NCBI RefSeq assembly: GCF_963676685.1
Contig: NC_092355.1
Span: 19,530,001-19,594,000 of the forward strand
Direction: 5' to 3'
Length of the DNA: 64,000 nt
DNA from: Mytilus edulis
Lineage: Eukaryota
Positions 24,445 through 37,283 of the stretch are shown piece by piece. The first letter of the stretch is position 1. The number at the start of each line of letters is the position of its first letter. Made by a program: the position numbers and the translations under genes. The notes below the pieces were generated by a model. The model was not told where the DNA came from. It made no database searches and saw nothing but the letters and a program-made list of their open reading frames with translations.

Positions 24445-26802
24445 GAACAATTAAAAACCAATTGTTCAGAGAACCATTGATGGTCTTTCCACCAGTAATG
24501 ATTTTTTTATATGAAAATATGAAAATTTGGTTTTAAATGTCAATTTCAGCGTCAAATGACAACTTATTGTACGCTGATTCTAAAAATATAAGGTTTTTTA
24601 TACAAAAAGATATAAATAAAGGAGATAATTGTCTACAGTCGGTTCAAAATATGTTACATCCGGTACTGTCTTATAGTTTACTTGACGCTGATTCCAAAAA
24701 TATATGGTTTTACATACTTTGACAATAATTTATTACAAAAATTAGCTACTTCCGGTTTACAAAATGTCACTTCCGGTTAACTTTTTCAACGTCATAGTGC
24801 TTGCAACCTAATGCAAAAAGTCTAATAGCTTTAACATGAATACATATGAAGTAAAAGCAAAGGTCAAAATCTAGAACGTTAAATTAACAAGACTTTAGGT
24901 CTTTACTTTATATTGTTAATGAGTTATATTACCATACGACTGATATTAGATATAAAAGGGGGGGGAAAACTCGCATCAAATGTTTACTTACCCTTTCGAC
25001 TCAAATTCATGTGTAACTACATGTCGCGACTAACAATTGTGTGAAAGTATTTTGTTGATATCTTATATGATTTCTGAAAAGAAGCGATAACAAGCCAAAA
25101 TCAAAAATTTGAACATGACCTTGACCTTTGACCTTGACCTCATTTTCATACTTTTTGACCAAGGGCCTCAAATCAAAAGACCCTAGGCCTCTATCACTTA
25201 TGGTTTTCCAGTTACAAATTTATTTCACTTATTTCAATACAAAAGGGGAAATTACTCTCATATGGGGTCTTCGTAAAGCTTCGGTCAAAATAAAAGGTAA
25301 CATCCTGAGGATATAACGAGCAATTTGGAAAAATAAATTTGTCTCTTTCTTTTACGGTTGCGGAGGAGATATGATAACAAGAAAAACAGTGTTTGGAGAG
25401 ATAACTCTTACAAAGAAAAGTGTTCGGTTAAACAGGGTGAGTTTCAAAAGCGTATAGACTGTATGATATCATATACAAAAAAACTAAGCGACATCTTTTG
25501 AAACATTTTTACCCCGCAAGAAAAAAATTAGGCGGAAGAAAAAAAATTAAAAATTAAAAACCAATTGTTCAGAGAACCATTGATGGTCTTTCCACCAGTA
25601 AGGATCTTTTTTATATGAAAATATTAAAATTCGGTTTTAAATGTCAATTTTAACGTCAAATGACAGCTTATTGGACGCTAATTCCAAAAATATATGGTTT
25701 CTATACAAAAAGATATACATAAGGGATATCATTTTTTACTTCCGGTTTAAAAAATGTTATTTCCGGTATGTTTTGATAGTTTACGTGACACTGATTCCAA
25801 AAATAGATGGTTCTATATACTTTTACATTAAATTAGTACAAAAAATGGCTACTTCCGGTTTACAAAAGGTCACTTCCGGTTGGCTTTTTCAAGGTCACAT
25901 TGCTTGCAACCTTTTGCAAAAATTCCCATGGCTTTATCATGTATATATGAGAGGAAAAATCAAAGGTCAAAATCTAGAACGTTAAATTTACCTATGACCT
26001 TGAGCTCAATTTCAAGGTCATCAACCAAGGACCTCAAATCAAAAGACTGTAGGCCTCTACTTTATATTGTTAATGAGTTATATTACCATACAACTAATAT
26101 TAGATATCAAAGGGGGCAAAACTCGCATTAAATGTTACATACCCTTTTAAGTAAAATTGACATGTTACGACATGTCGCAATTAACAATTGTGTGAAAATA
26201 TTTTGTCGATATCTTGTATGATTTCTGAAAATAAGAGATAACAAGCCAAAATCAAAAACTTGAACATGACCTTGACCTTTGACCTTGACCTCATTTTCAT
26301 ACTTTTTCGAGCAAGGGCCTCAAATCAAAAGACCCTAGGCCTCTATCACTTATGGTTTTCAGTTACAAATTTATTTCACTTATTTCAATACAAAAGGGGA
26401 AATTACTCTCATATGGGGTCTTCGTAAAGCTTCGGTCAAAATAAAAGGTAACATCCTGAGGATATAACGAGCAATTTGGAAAAATAAATATGTCGCTTTC
26501 TTTTACGGTTGCGAGGAGATCTGATAACAAGAAAAACAGTGTTTGGGGAGATAACTCTTACAAAGAAAAGTGTTCGGTTAAACAGGGTGAGTTTCAAAAG
26601 CGTATAGACTGTATGATCTCATATACAAAAAAACTAAGCGACATCTTTTGAAATATTTTTACACCGCAAGAAAAAAATTAGGCGGAAGAAAAAAAAAATA
26701 ATCAGAACAAAATCAATAGGTCTTTCCACACGAAAGGTGGAAAGACCTTATAATCAGAACAAATTCAATAGGTCTTTCCACCAGGAAAGGTGGAAAGACC
26801 TA
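24445..26802 (+). mobile_element. Helentron/DINE-like non-autonomous element, ~1.1-kb tandem duplication with terminal hairpins
   Basis: Unit 24445-25550 recurs at 25550-26700 (aaaaaccaattgttcagagaaccattgatggtctttccaccagtaa; gaccttgacctttgacc). It ends with two copies of the palindrome ggtctttccac..gtggaaagacc. Confidence 0.7.
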
Positions 26803-27724
26803 ATTTTATTTGCGTTTGAGTGTTGATATAATGAAATCAGCTAATGCGCGGTATCACCGGCCGCGCGGACACCGGGTACTCCACTGTACATTATTACCTT
26901 TGGCTATGCAATGTATGAAAAGCCAGTATACTTTTTATGAATCTAAATTATATGAAAAGAATGGGAGTAATAGAACCTCACTGACATCTATCCATTCAGT
27001 ATTGATGCACCCCCCCCCCCCAACACCTTTTTTAAAATTTAACAAATCTCTACAGAGTTTACAAATATTGTAAATAATTTACCCCATGATAGATAATGAG
27101 ACAGATGCAATTACTGATTACTATCGGATATATACTATTTTGTATATATTTTTTACATTACAATATCGTTCTCGGGTTTACAATCAACAGTCAAATAGTT
27201 TTTTTGTGAAAAATTTGCACACACATCTTCCTGCTTTTGTCCAATTATAATAAAAAAAAAAGTGCATAGTTATATTTGCCATTCGTTGCCCTTTTAAGGT
27301 ACATACATGTACGTCATCCATGAAAACAAAACACTTTCGACATTTCAAACTTTCGTTGCGTTGACTTTCTCTAGACTTTCATTTCTATGTTTCGTTCCCC
27401 GGTTTCTTCTGGTTACTCGACATGTCACCCATTCAATTTATCTGTTTATAAGTAGAAGTAGTAGAATCTATCTCTGTCCATGCTTAAAACTTAAATAAAC
27501 AGCAGTAGACTGCTGCAGGAAAAACGGTAGTATTAAATTTTCCCAGCATTAGGTTGGCCTTTTGTGTACCCAAGGCAGGTGAAGGAGGTCAAATTAGGAG
27601 CGCTGTGATTGGATGTAAGGGTACAATATATTTTTTTTTCTATCTATGAATAACTGCAGTGTGTATATTTACAATATAAATTTTGAAACCTATTGAAATA
27701 TTTTCTAGAGAATTATTCGAATAA

Positions 27725-28225
27725 ATAAAGGCAACAGTAGTATACCGCTGTTCAAAACTCATAAATCCATGGACAAAAAACAAAATCGGGGTAACAAACT
27801 AAAACCGATGGAAAAGCATTAAATATAAGAGGAGAACAACGACATAACACTAAAATGTAACACACATAGACAAAATCCCACGAGAATAACAAATATAACA
27901 TATATATAACATCCAAACCAAACATGAATTTGGGATAGACAAGTACCGTGACACGTCTTATCGCAATGTGAATTTACACTAAAAAATAAGAGAAAACAAA
28001 CGACACAACGTTATAATTTAATACACACAGAAACGAACTATAATATAACAATGGCCATATTCCTGACTTGGTACAGGGCATTTTTAAAGGAAAAAATGGT
28101 GGATTGAACCTGGTTTTGTGGCATGCCAAACCTCGCACTTTTATGGCCATGTGAAATATAACATCAAAATGACAACACAGGACTACAATATAAATAAATT
28201 GGAGAACACAATTGACAAAGAATCA
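27725..28225 (-). mobile_element. Interspersed SINE-like repeat (bivalve-type)
   Basis: Inverted copy at about 43880-44104. Shares the tcctgacttggtacagg core with copies at about 280-430, 1320-1560 and 1850-1990. Confidence 0.55.
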
Positions 28226-29129
28226 CAAGTTCAAAATTTTAATACGCCAGAAGTGCATTTTGTCCACACAAGACCTACGTGTGACGCCCAGATACAAAAG
28301 TTTGAAAGCCGAAACGAGTACAAAGTTGAACAGCATCGAGGACCAAAAGATCAAAAAAGTTGTGCCAAAAACGGCAAGGGTTTTCTGTTAGTTACCAGAA
28401 CATCCCTATTATTTAGAATAATTTATTCTTTTGCAAACAGTAAATTTTATAAAATGAATATTCAAAAGATGTACATAATAAAACTGAAGTATTAACTAAT
28501 TACAGGAAACAACTGAAATACATTTACATAACCAGACATTTGAAACACAAAAGTAGACACATCCGAATAAGTTTAAACCTCAACGCCAAGTGACGTCCTA
28601 TTTGAAACTGAAAAATGACGAAAAAATGACGTCATTTGAATTTGTAAAAGACTTGCAAAATTTCATAAATTTGGTGCAAAATGACGGTGGGCATGGATAA
28701 CATAAACAAGCTCCGTTGGAAGTTGGTCATGATACTATTTGGCTTTAATTTTTAAAACAGAATAATAAAGTACTAACACAACTGTTTTATCCAGGTTTTT
28801 ATCTTAAAAAGTGGTAAATTTAGAAAATGTTAATATTGTCGCCTATGGCAGAATAAATAGTACCGTTTTCCCTGCAGATGATCGCGTGAGCGTCCATGGT
28901 TTGCGTCATAGTGCACAAAATGATAACGGTGAAAATATTTCCGAGTTTTCCCGGTTTTCGAATTCGACGTGCCAAGTACGTAATACGAGGGTCTGGAATC
29001 AAAATTAGGGATTTAAGAAAAGGGAATAAAAAAAAAATGCAGAATAAATAATAAAAAATAAATATTAATGAACAGAGAGAGAATAATGGAGTAATCAATA
29101 AAAAAAAAAATTGAGAATAAAGAACAAAC

Positions 29130-29838
29130 TATGAAATAAAGAATATTTATTCATATTATTATCTATTAATCATAACTCATTCACTTATTTTAAATTCTGT
29201 TCAATTCAGAATAAGAAAGCTCTTCTGTTGGGATGAAAGGCTTCGATACTAATTTTGACATTTTCTCCAATTTTCATTAATGGTTTTTATATGAAAACAT
29301 ATGAAAACATATGAAAATCATATGTTTTTCATATGTTTACACACATGTTTTCATATGTTTCAAAACATATGTAAACATATGATTGTAAACATATGTTTAT
29401 CATATATTTGTCCTAAACATATGAAAAACATATGATTTTCATAGGTTTTTCATATGTTTTGAAAACATATGATAAACATATGAAGCAATTTTCCTGTGTA
29501 ATGCAGAGTGGATTACACAATTTGAATCAATGTTAACAAATGTCGCTATTAAAGATCAGGAAATGATTATGAAATAAAGAATATTTATTCATATTATTAT
29601 CTATTAATCATAACTCATTCACTTATTTTCAAAACATATGTAAACATATGATTGTAAACATATGTTTATCATATGTTTGTCCTAAACATATGAAAAACAT
29701 ATGATTTTCATAGGTTTTTCATATGTTTTGAAAACATATGATAAACATATGAAGCAATTTTCCTGTGTAATGCAGAGTGGATTACACAATTTGAATCAAT
29801 GTTAACAAATGTCGCTATTAAAGATCAGGAAATGATTA
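29130..29838. repeat. CATATG-rich palindromic array with local tandem duplications
   Basis: Many aaacatatg/catatgttt inverted units; about 29133-29188 recurs at about 29570-29628 and about 29360-29570 recurs at about 29630-29838. Confidence 0.8.
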
Positions 29839-31055
29839 TTTTGGGTGACTTTAATATTAATTTGGCGTCGAAATCGAGCTAAATTGTCACATTTGAAAAA
29901 CATTGTTAACTTGCCTCAAATAGTATCAGTTCCCACTCGAGTCACAAACATCTTCCACTTTGGTAGACCATATTCATAGCAATGAACCAGATAATATTCA
30001 TTTTATATCTGTTCCGAAATATTCGGTCAGTGACCATTATCCAGGATACAATTCTCACAAAAGAGGGTTAAAATCGAAAAAGAAAATTCATGAATATATT
30101 ACGTTCAGATCTACTTAACATTTTAATGAAAATGATTTTATCAGTCACATATCACAGTGTTCATTTAATTGTGTATTAGAAATCGATGACCCCAAATTAG
30201 CACTGTTGTCTTTTTTGAATATTTTTACTGAAGTATTAAATCATCATTCTCCACTTATTAAAAAGAGAATAAAACGTTTGAATCAAAATGAGTGGATGAT
30301 TGATGAAATTCTAGATAGCATGAGAAAAAGTGATTTTTATCATAAGAAAAAAGATATGTATAGTTATAGACTCTGGAGAAATAAAGTCAAATATCTCATC
30401 GAAAACTCTAAACAAAATTATCATACAAACATCATAGAACACAAAAAAGGGCAACAGCAGTACATTATAGAAAAATAAAAAAAGAAGATGTGGTATGATT
30501 GCCAATGAGACAACTGTCCAAAAGAGACCAAAATGACACAGGCATTAACAACTATAGGTCACTGTACGGCCTTCAACAATGAGCAAAGCCCATACCGCAT
30601 AGTCAGCTATAAATGGCCCCGATAAGACAATGTAAAACAATTCAAACGAGAAAACTAACGGCCTTATTTATATAAAATAAAAATGAAAGAAAAACAAATA
30701 TGTAACACATACACAACGGACAACCACTGCGTTACAAGCTCCTGACTTGGGACAGGCACATACATAAATAATGTGGCGGGGTTAAACATGTTAGGGGGAT
30801 CCCAACCCTCCCCCTAACCTGGGACAGTGGTATAACAGTAAAACATAAAAAAGAACTATAAAAATCAGTTGAAAAAGGCTTAACTGATCAGATGGACAAA
30901 AATACAAGTGGACGTGAAGCACCTACATACTGTCAGCGGTACAGACAATCATACCAGTATAAAAATCATAAGTGATTGTAACAAAAAGAAAATTTTAGAA
31001 CCAAAAGGCATTGCTGATGTTTTTAATTCTTAATTCACAAATATCGCAGATAATC
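29770..31055 (+). mobile_element. Decayed CR1/L2-group LINE, 5' part (endonuclease end and linker)
   Basis: Manual translation gives IILGDFNINL, PTRVT, SDHY, HSPLIKKRIK..EW, IADVFNS.FTNIADNL. Interrupted by a SINE (about 30478-30917) and then by the L1/Tx1. Confidence 0.8.
30478..30917 (-). mobile_element. Nin/Deu-domain-like SINE inserted in the CR1
   Basis: Minus strand carries gtttaaccccgccacatt..gcctgtcccaagtcaggag and the tail cattggcaatcataccacatcttct. Related copies at about 13060-13320, 22740-23265 and 40590-40870. Confidence 0.6.
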
Positions 31056-34000
31056 TTTTTTTTTTTTTTTTTTTTTTAAGACTTGAAATACATTTATTGA
31101 TAATCACCTGAATACAATTTTCCTTGTGTAACCCAGGGAATAATACACAAGGGGCCCTGTGTTTACATTGATCCAACGTCCAGGGATAAACGGTGGACTC
31201 TTATAAAAAAAAAATCAATTTTATATTTTCCCATACATAAGTTATACATTCATATTTTAAAATTACACAGATTGAGTTTGCGTATAAATTATTCACAATA
31301 TTCTACCAGTAAATAAAATACATCAAAAGTCCCCCAAAACACACTATAATCTACACAATAATTTACCTTTACTTATATAATTGACATTTTATTTTTTGTA
31401 CTTTTAACACCTGGATTACATTGTTATGTGTCGGTCAGTGATTTTATAGGTCACATGCTCGACCTTGTAAATGCGTGTATTGTATATTTCTATAGTTGGA
31501 TGTATTATTATGTTCTAAAAAGAAAAGGAAAGTAAGTACAAATTATTACGTCACTTACTAATGTATAAGATTTATTATAAGTTTTATTTCAGCTGCAAAA
31601 TTTTCTTTTTTAGATGATAATGATTTGTCCATAGATTCAATTAAACTGCTCAGTTCCCGTTTTGCATATGCTATCAATTGACTGGAAGTAAAACTTTTAG
31701 ACTGATATTTGATTATATTCCTACATTTCCAAATAATCCATTTAACTGTATTCATAATCGTATTAGTTATGACATTGTACTTTTTGTTGTAATCGTACAT
31801 TCCTAGTATGATAAGTTCTTCGCTCAATGGAATATATACAGTGTTATTAAGTACATTATATGTTTTAAGCGCATCAAAAATGTGTTCCCAAACAACCATT
31901 ATAATGTTACAGCTGTGAAAAAGGTGTGTGAGAGTTTCGTTTTCAGTTTTACAAAAATGGCATTTGCCATTATTTGATTTGCCGATTCTAAATAGTTTTT
32001 GCTCCGTATAGATAATGTTATGAACAATTTTCCAGCTAATTTGATTTGCTTTCCTAGAGGACATACTTTTATTTAAATTTATCCAGATCTTTTTCCACGG
32101 TAATTCCGAATTATACTGAATATTCCATTTTATTTGACAGTTTGGAACTATATCTAAATTTAACGAATATTGGATTAATTTCAAAGATATCTCACTTGGG
32201 ATTACTACTTTATTCTGTTTATCGTAAAATTCAAATGTATTTTTAATGTAATAACCATTTTTGGGGGGTTCTGGATCAACGTGGACGTTTTTTAGTCTGT
32301 CCTTGAACAATTTTGGAATAGCTAATTTCAGCCTTGTCCATTCCGAGATCCAGTTTCTCTTATCTTTAAGAGTATTGTATATAAAGTTGTCGCTTTTAAT
32401 GTTTTTCGTTTCTTCATCCCAAATATCTTTTATTGTATGAATTCCACTTTTTCCGAAGTTAGCGAAAAAAATAGGTTTTTTGTTGTATTGAATTTTTATG
32501 TTTCCAAAAAGTTGTTGGTTTAGGATATCGTTTTTATTTATTGGACTTTGTATACTTAAAAATTTTGACCACGTTTTAATTAACTCAAGATAGTATTTTG
32601 GAAAATTTTCCATTTGTAATCCTCGTAAGTCCGAACACTTTGCTAAAAAATTATCACAATTATATTTGATATCAAACTTCTGTAGCCACCATTTGGCTAT
32701 TGTATTCCAGTTATCGGTTTTTGATCTTAAAATTTTTTGCATACTTTTGATTTGTTTGGATTTAATGAACGAGTCTATATTGATCATACCAATCCCCCCT
32801 TCCTCTACCGGTAAGCAACACACGTCCCTTTTAATTAAATTTACTTTTCCCTCCCATATAAAATTCCACATGACATTGTTTATTTCTTTTTTATATTTTT
32901 CAGGTATACCTCGCATTTCGATTTCGAACCCTATTTTAGATATAATCAATGATTTTAATATTAAGACCCTGCCCTTCAATGTTAGGTCACGAGATTTCCA
33001 AACCTCAAGACACGCCTTAATCTTCTTTATTTTTTCTAACCATATAGCTTCTATATCAACACTGTATCCATGCATGACTCCCAATGCTTTAATTGGTTCG
33101 CTTGACCACCTAATTTTTTTATATTTTGGTGTTTTATTTTTCCAACGACCCAAATATACCCCTACAGTCTTTTCATAATTTATCTTAGCACCCGATGCTT
33201 TCTCGTATATTTCTAAAACCTTGAATGTTTCCTCGATTGATTCCTCTGTTCTATTAAAAAATTGTGTATCGTCTGCAAACATGTTAATCTTAACCTCTTT
33301 CTTTTCATTTTCTATGTCAGGGTGGGGTAAATTTATTCCTTGAATTTTCGGATTAGCCCTAATTGTGGCTGCCATCGGCTCTGCTTGTAAAATGTATAGC
33401 ATCGGCGATATTGGACAGCCCTGACGGATTGATCTAGAAATTGGGACGTATCTTGATTGAAAACCGTTAGTCATTAAACAAGTTTTAGCATTTTTTAGTA
33501 ACATTTTAACCCATTCCCGAAAATTTTCCCCAAATTGAAATTTTTCTAAACATGCATCTAACCATTCCCATTCTGCATAGTCAAAAGCTTTTGTTTGATC
33601 AAGAAAAAGGATTGATCCTTCTTCGTCTTCCATATCTATAAAATCGAAAATATCTTGCAGCATTCTATTAGAATCAAAAATATTTCTGCCCTTAACAAAC
33701 CCTTTTTGATCTGTTTCTATAATAGATGGTAAAACTATTTTCAAACGTTCAGCCAGAATTTTTGAGCAAATTTTATAGTCTACATTTAATAATGTTATAG
33801 GTCGCCAGTTTTTAATATCCTCCCTCTCCCCACTTTTATATAATAGGCTTATCATTCCAAGTCTCTGCGATTCGGAAAGTGTTTTATCAAAAAAGGTTTC
33901 TTTTAATATTTGCGTAAGCTCATCCTGTATCAAAAACCAGTATTCCTGATAAAATTCTGCAGTTATGCCATCTTCCCCTGGTGATTTATCCCTTTTCATT

Positions 34001-35732
34001 AATTTAATTGCTTTGAAAATTTCATCTTTTGTAATTTCACTATCACATAACCGTTTTTCTGCTTCAGATAGAGTTTTATTTACATTATATAGTAATTTTC
34101 CCCCAGCCTCTCTATTACAACCACCCGAGGTAAAAAGTTTCTCATAATATTTTAATTGTTCACCTAAGATTTCATTAATATTATTTTTGTATGTGCCATT
34201 TTCGGCTTTTATTTTTGACCATAGTTTTTCTTTTCCTCGTTTTTGTTCTAATCTGAAAAAATAATTTGTGGATTTTTCACCTTTTTCATACCAATTTATT
34301 TTTGATCTTATGCGTGCTGCTTCTGCTTTTTGTTCGTAATATTTATATATATCATTTTTTAGTTTTTCAACCTCATTCAGATTTTGTTGTGTTCCATCAT
34401 TTTCTAACAGATTTTCTAATTTATCTTCCCAATTTTTAATTTCATTTTCATTTAACCTAAGTTTCTTTGAAACAGTTATTGTTATGTCCTTTATTTTAGT
34501 TTTTGTTAAATCCCAGAACTCCTTTTTATCTTTAAAATTATTTATGTTAAGTTTCCAAGATTTCCAGAATGTTTCAAAAGTATTTTTGAAAAGGTCGGTT
34601 TTAATTATACTATTGTTCATTTTCCAATAACCCGGGCCTCTTTCTGGTTCGACGATGTTCATTGTAATTGTTACGCCGTCGTGATCGCTGAAGGGAAAAT
34701 AAACAATTTTTGCATTGTTTACTCTACAATCGATATTCTCACTAGTGAATATATAATCTATTCTCGAGTATGATTGACCCCTTGAAAATGTATATTGTTT
34801 TTTGTTTGGATATCTGAGACGCCAAATGTCCGTCAGTTCATTTTTTTCAATGAAATTTTTTAGTTCATTATTTCCCGCATCTTCACGTTTGGGCATATGT
34901 TTTCTATCTAATTTCCTATTTAGACAACAATTAAAATCTCCCATAACGTAATTCACAATATCATTTTCTTTATCTATTTTTAACTTATTAAAGAAATGTT
35001 TTCTTTCTATGCCATTATTAGGGGCGTAGATATTAAAAATTCTAATAGTTTCGTTTGAGTCTAATTTGAATTCAACTATCAATTTCCTTCCCTCCGCATC
35101 TTTATATTTTTCAGTGATGTTTATATCTAGATTTGGTTTCACTAAAATTGCTACCCCTTTGGAAACGGAAGTCCCGTTACACCAAAAACTTGACCCTCCC
35201 CATTCTTTTTTCCATTCATTTTCTACAAATTTTGTACAATGAGTTTCCTGCAAACATATAAAATCAAAATTCTTTTTCTGACACCACTGGAATAATGCAT
35301 TTCGTTTTGACTTATCTCCCATACCGTTTACGTTTAATGAAACTAAACGAATAGACATACTTTATGGGAAAAAATAAATATGTATATTATTGTCTTCAAA
35401 ATTCTGAATATTTAGTTTGCTATACAGTTCTCCGATTTCATTTATGTAATACAACATAATAAAAGTCCAACATATATTCAATATATTTACAACAAATGAA
35501 TTTGCATGTGCACTTACAGTGCATTTTTTTTATAGAGTTATCTCCCATACCATATATTTCATATATAATCATTTTTTGCCTCCTTATTTCACCAACAAAT
35601 ACACATATTTGTATCACTAACATAATACAGTTCAATAATTTTCCAAAATATATTACAATAAATGCAAGATTTTGCATACACAATAATAGCATGGATTTTT
35701 TTTAAGTTTTTCATTATATGATAAAAAATTAT
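31056..35732 (-). mobile_element. 5'-truncated L1/Tx1-clade LINE with intact ORF2
   Basis: 22-nt poly(A) tail (T run 31056-31077); minus-strand AATAAA at 31093-31098; ~480-nt 3' UTR; no ORF1. The host CR1 reading frame resumes at 35733. Confidence 0.92.
31558..35358 (-). CDS. L1/Tx1 ORF2: AP endonuclease, reverse transcriptase, C-terminal CCHC zinc finger
   Basis: 1266 aa with no stops. Motifs SLNVNG, QETH, GDFN, RIDY, SDH, KSPGEDG, WRPITLLNVDYK, QGCPISP, FADD, CHFC..ETLTHLFHSC. Confidence 0.95.
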   Translation of the reverse strand: MSIRLVSLNVNGMGDKSKRNALFQWCQKKNFDFICLQETHCTKFVENEWKKEWGGSSFWCNGTSVSKGVAILVKPNLDINITEKYKDAEGRKLIVEFKLDSNETIRIFNIYAPNNGIERKHFFNKLKIDKENDIVNYVMGDFNCCLNRKLDRKHMPKREDAGNNELKNFIEKNELTDIWRLRYPNKKQYTFSRGQSYSRIDYIFTSENIDCRVNNAKIVYFPFSDHDGVTITMNIVEPERGPGYWKMNNSIIKTDLFKNTFETFWKSWKLNINNFKDKKEFWDLTKTKIKDITITVSKKLRLNENEIKNWEDKLENLLENDGTQQNLNEVEKLKNDIYKYYEQKAEAARIRSKINWYEKGEKSTNYFFRLEQKRGKEKLWSKIKAENGTYKNNINEILGEQLKYYEKLFTSGGCNREAGGKLLYNVNKTLSEAEKRLCDSEITKDEIFKAIKLMKRDKSPGEDGITAEFYQEYWFLIQDELTQILKETFFDKTLSESQRLGMISLLYKSGEREDIKNWRPITLLNVDYKICSKILAERLKIVLPSIIETDQKGFVKGRNIFDSNRMLQDIFDFIDMEDEEGSILFLDQTKAFDYAEWEWLDACLEKFQFGENFREWVKMLLKNAKTCLMTNGFQSRYVPISRSIRQGCPISPMLYILQAEPMAATIRANPKIQGINLPHPDIENEKKEVKINMFADDTQFFNRTEESIEETFKVLEIYEKASGAKINYEKTVGVYLGRWKNKTPKYKKIRWSSEPIKALGVMHGYSVDIEAIWLEKIKKIKACLEVWKSRDLTLKGRVLILKSLIISKIGFEIEMRGIPEKYKKEINNVMWNFIWEGKVNLIKRDVCCLPVEEGGIGMINIDSFIKSKQIKSMQKILRSKTDNWNTIAKWWLQKFDIKYNCDNFLAKCSDLRGLQMENFPKYYLELIKTWSKFLSIQSPINKNDILNQQLFGNIKIQYNKKPIFFANFGKSGIHTIKDIWDEETKNIKSDNFIYNTLKDKRNWISEWTRLKLAIPKLFKDRLKNVHVDPEPPKNGYYIKNTFEFYDKQNKVVIPSEISLKLIQYSLNLDIVPNCQIKWNIQYNSELPWKKIWINLNKSMSSRKANQISWKIVHNIIYTEQKLFRIGKSNNGKCHFCKTENETLTHLFHSCNIIMVVWEHIFDALKTYNVLNNTVYIPLSEELIILGMYDYNKKYNVITNTIMNTVKWIIWKCRNIIKYQSKSFTSSQLIAYAKRELSSLIESMDKSLSSKKENFAAEIKLIINLIH

Positions 35733-37283
35733 ATTAATATAGATTAAAACATTAACAATTCTAGAAGTTGTTTTAACAAACTTGATGATTTTATATCGGG
35801 TCATGTACCAGATAACGTGTATTTTTCTATACCATTTATGAGTTATGATTTTGTGTGTTTACAACTAAAAGCACTAGATGAATCAAAAGCAACAGGCCTT
35901 GATACCATAAGTGTGAAATTGTTAAAGATGTCTTCTCATACTATTTCACTACCACTTTGTCATATTTTTAATTTAAGTATCAAAACAAGATGTTTTTAAT
36001 TACAGATCAATTGTTATTTTACCACTCATTTCTAAAATCCTTGAAAAACATGTGAAAACACACTTAGTAAAATATCTTAATAAATACAACTTATTGTATA
36101 GAATGTAGTCAGGCTTTCGTGCAAACCATTCTTGTCAATTTGCGTTAACAGCTTTAAAAGATAAGTGGCTTAAAGCCGTTAATGATGGCGATCTTGTTGG
36201 AGCAGTGTTTCTAGATCTATCAAAAGCCTTTGATCTCCTCAATCATGAACTGTTTATTCAAAAATTAAACAAATACAAATTTGCTTATACTTCATTACGC
36301 TGGTTTACATCATATTCTAATCATAACACCGATTAATTGCTGATGATAGCACCATATCAGTCATTTGGCAAAACAAAAGCTTTCCGTTACATCAAATGAA
36401 AACATTAATCTTGCTTCAAATGGACAACAAATTATAGAAAGTACATGTGAAAGCTTCTAGGTATTTTTATTAATGCATCTCTATCTTGGTCTTCTCATAT
36501 CGATTATATAATCAAAAAAGTTAACTCTTCCTTAGCTTTACTAAAAAGGATAAAGAAGTATTTAAATCACAAAGCTAGACAAATGTACTATAACGCTTAC
36601 GTTTTACCTCACTTATATTATTGTTGTTCAATATGGCGAAACTGTAATAACTTTCTATTAGATATTTTACTAAAACTGCAAAAAAGGGCAGCAAGAATAA
36701 TTTTAGACGAACATGATTACACCAAACCTTCAAGAAACCTATTGCATGAATGTAACATTGTGCCAATCACAAAAAGAAGACTTTATCACAAATCATAACT
36801 TGTGTATAAGGAAAAACATGGCTTAGCTCCAGAATATATACCCAGTCTTATTTTATCAGCTTCTGCAAACCAAAAGTAAAATACGAGATATTCATCCTCA
36901 GATAATTCTATAATTCCAAAACCAAATACAGAGTTGTATAAGTATAGTTTCTGGTACACTGGACTAAAAAGTGTGAAATGCTCTTCCCAATTCAATCAAA
37001 AAGTCAAATACGGTATCAGAATTTAAACATAAAAACTGTTACAAATCTATGTTCTTTTATCATCACCATCATACATTTTGTCATATGTGTACTGTAATGT
37101 CATATTATAACTGTTTATTGTATTTCAATTTATTTATCATTATTATTGATGCATTGTTTATTTTTAATTGTAATTATTATTGTATTAAGAGAGCCTTATT
37201 GAAAATTGGTGTAACCCGAATGAGTTACTCTCTCTAAATAAAGATATATTGTTATTATTATTATTATTGTTATTATTATTATT
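35733..37283 (+). mobile_element. Decayed CR1/L2-group LINE, 3' part (RT and tail)
   Basis: KATGLDTISVKLLK, SGFRANHSC, GAVFLDLSKAFDLLNH, IADDST, YYNAYVLPHLYYC, LQKRAARII; ends with aataaa followed by (TTA)n. Confidence 0.85.

Noticed and set aside
31046-35816. cagataa as the TSD of the L1/Tx1 insertion
   Set aside because: The right-hand match near 35810 lies inside the resumed CR1 reading frame, about 75 nt past the junction.
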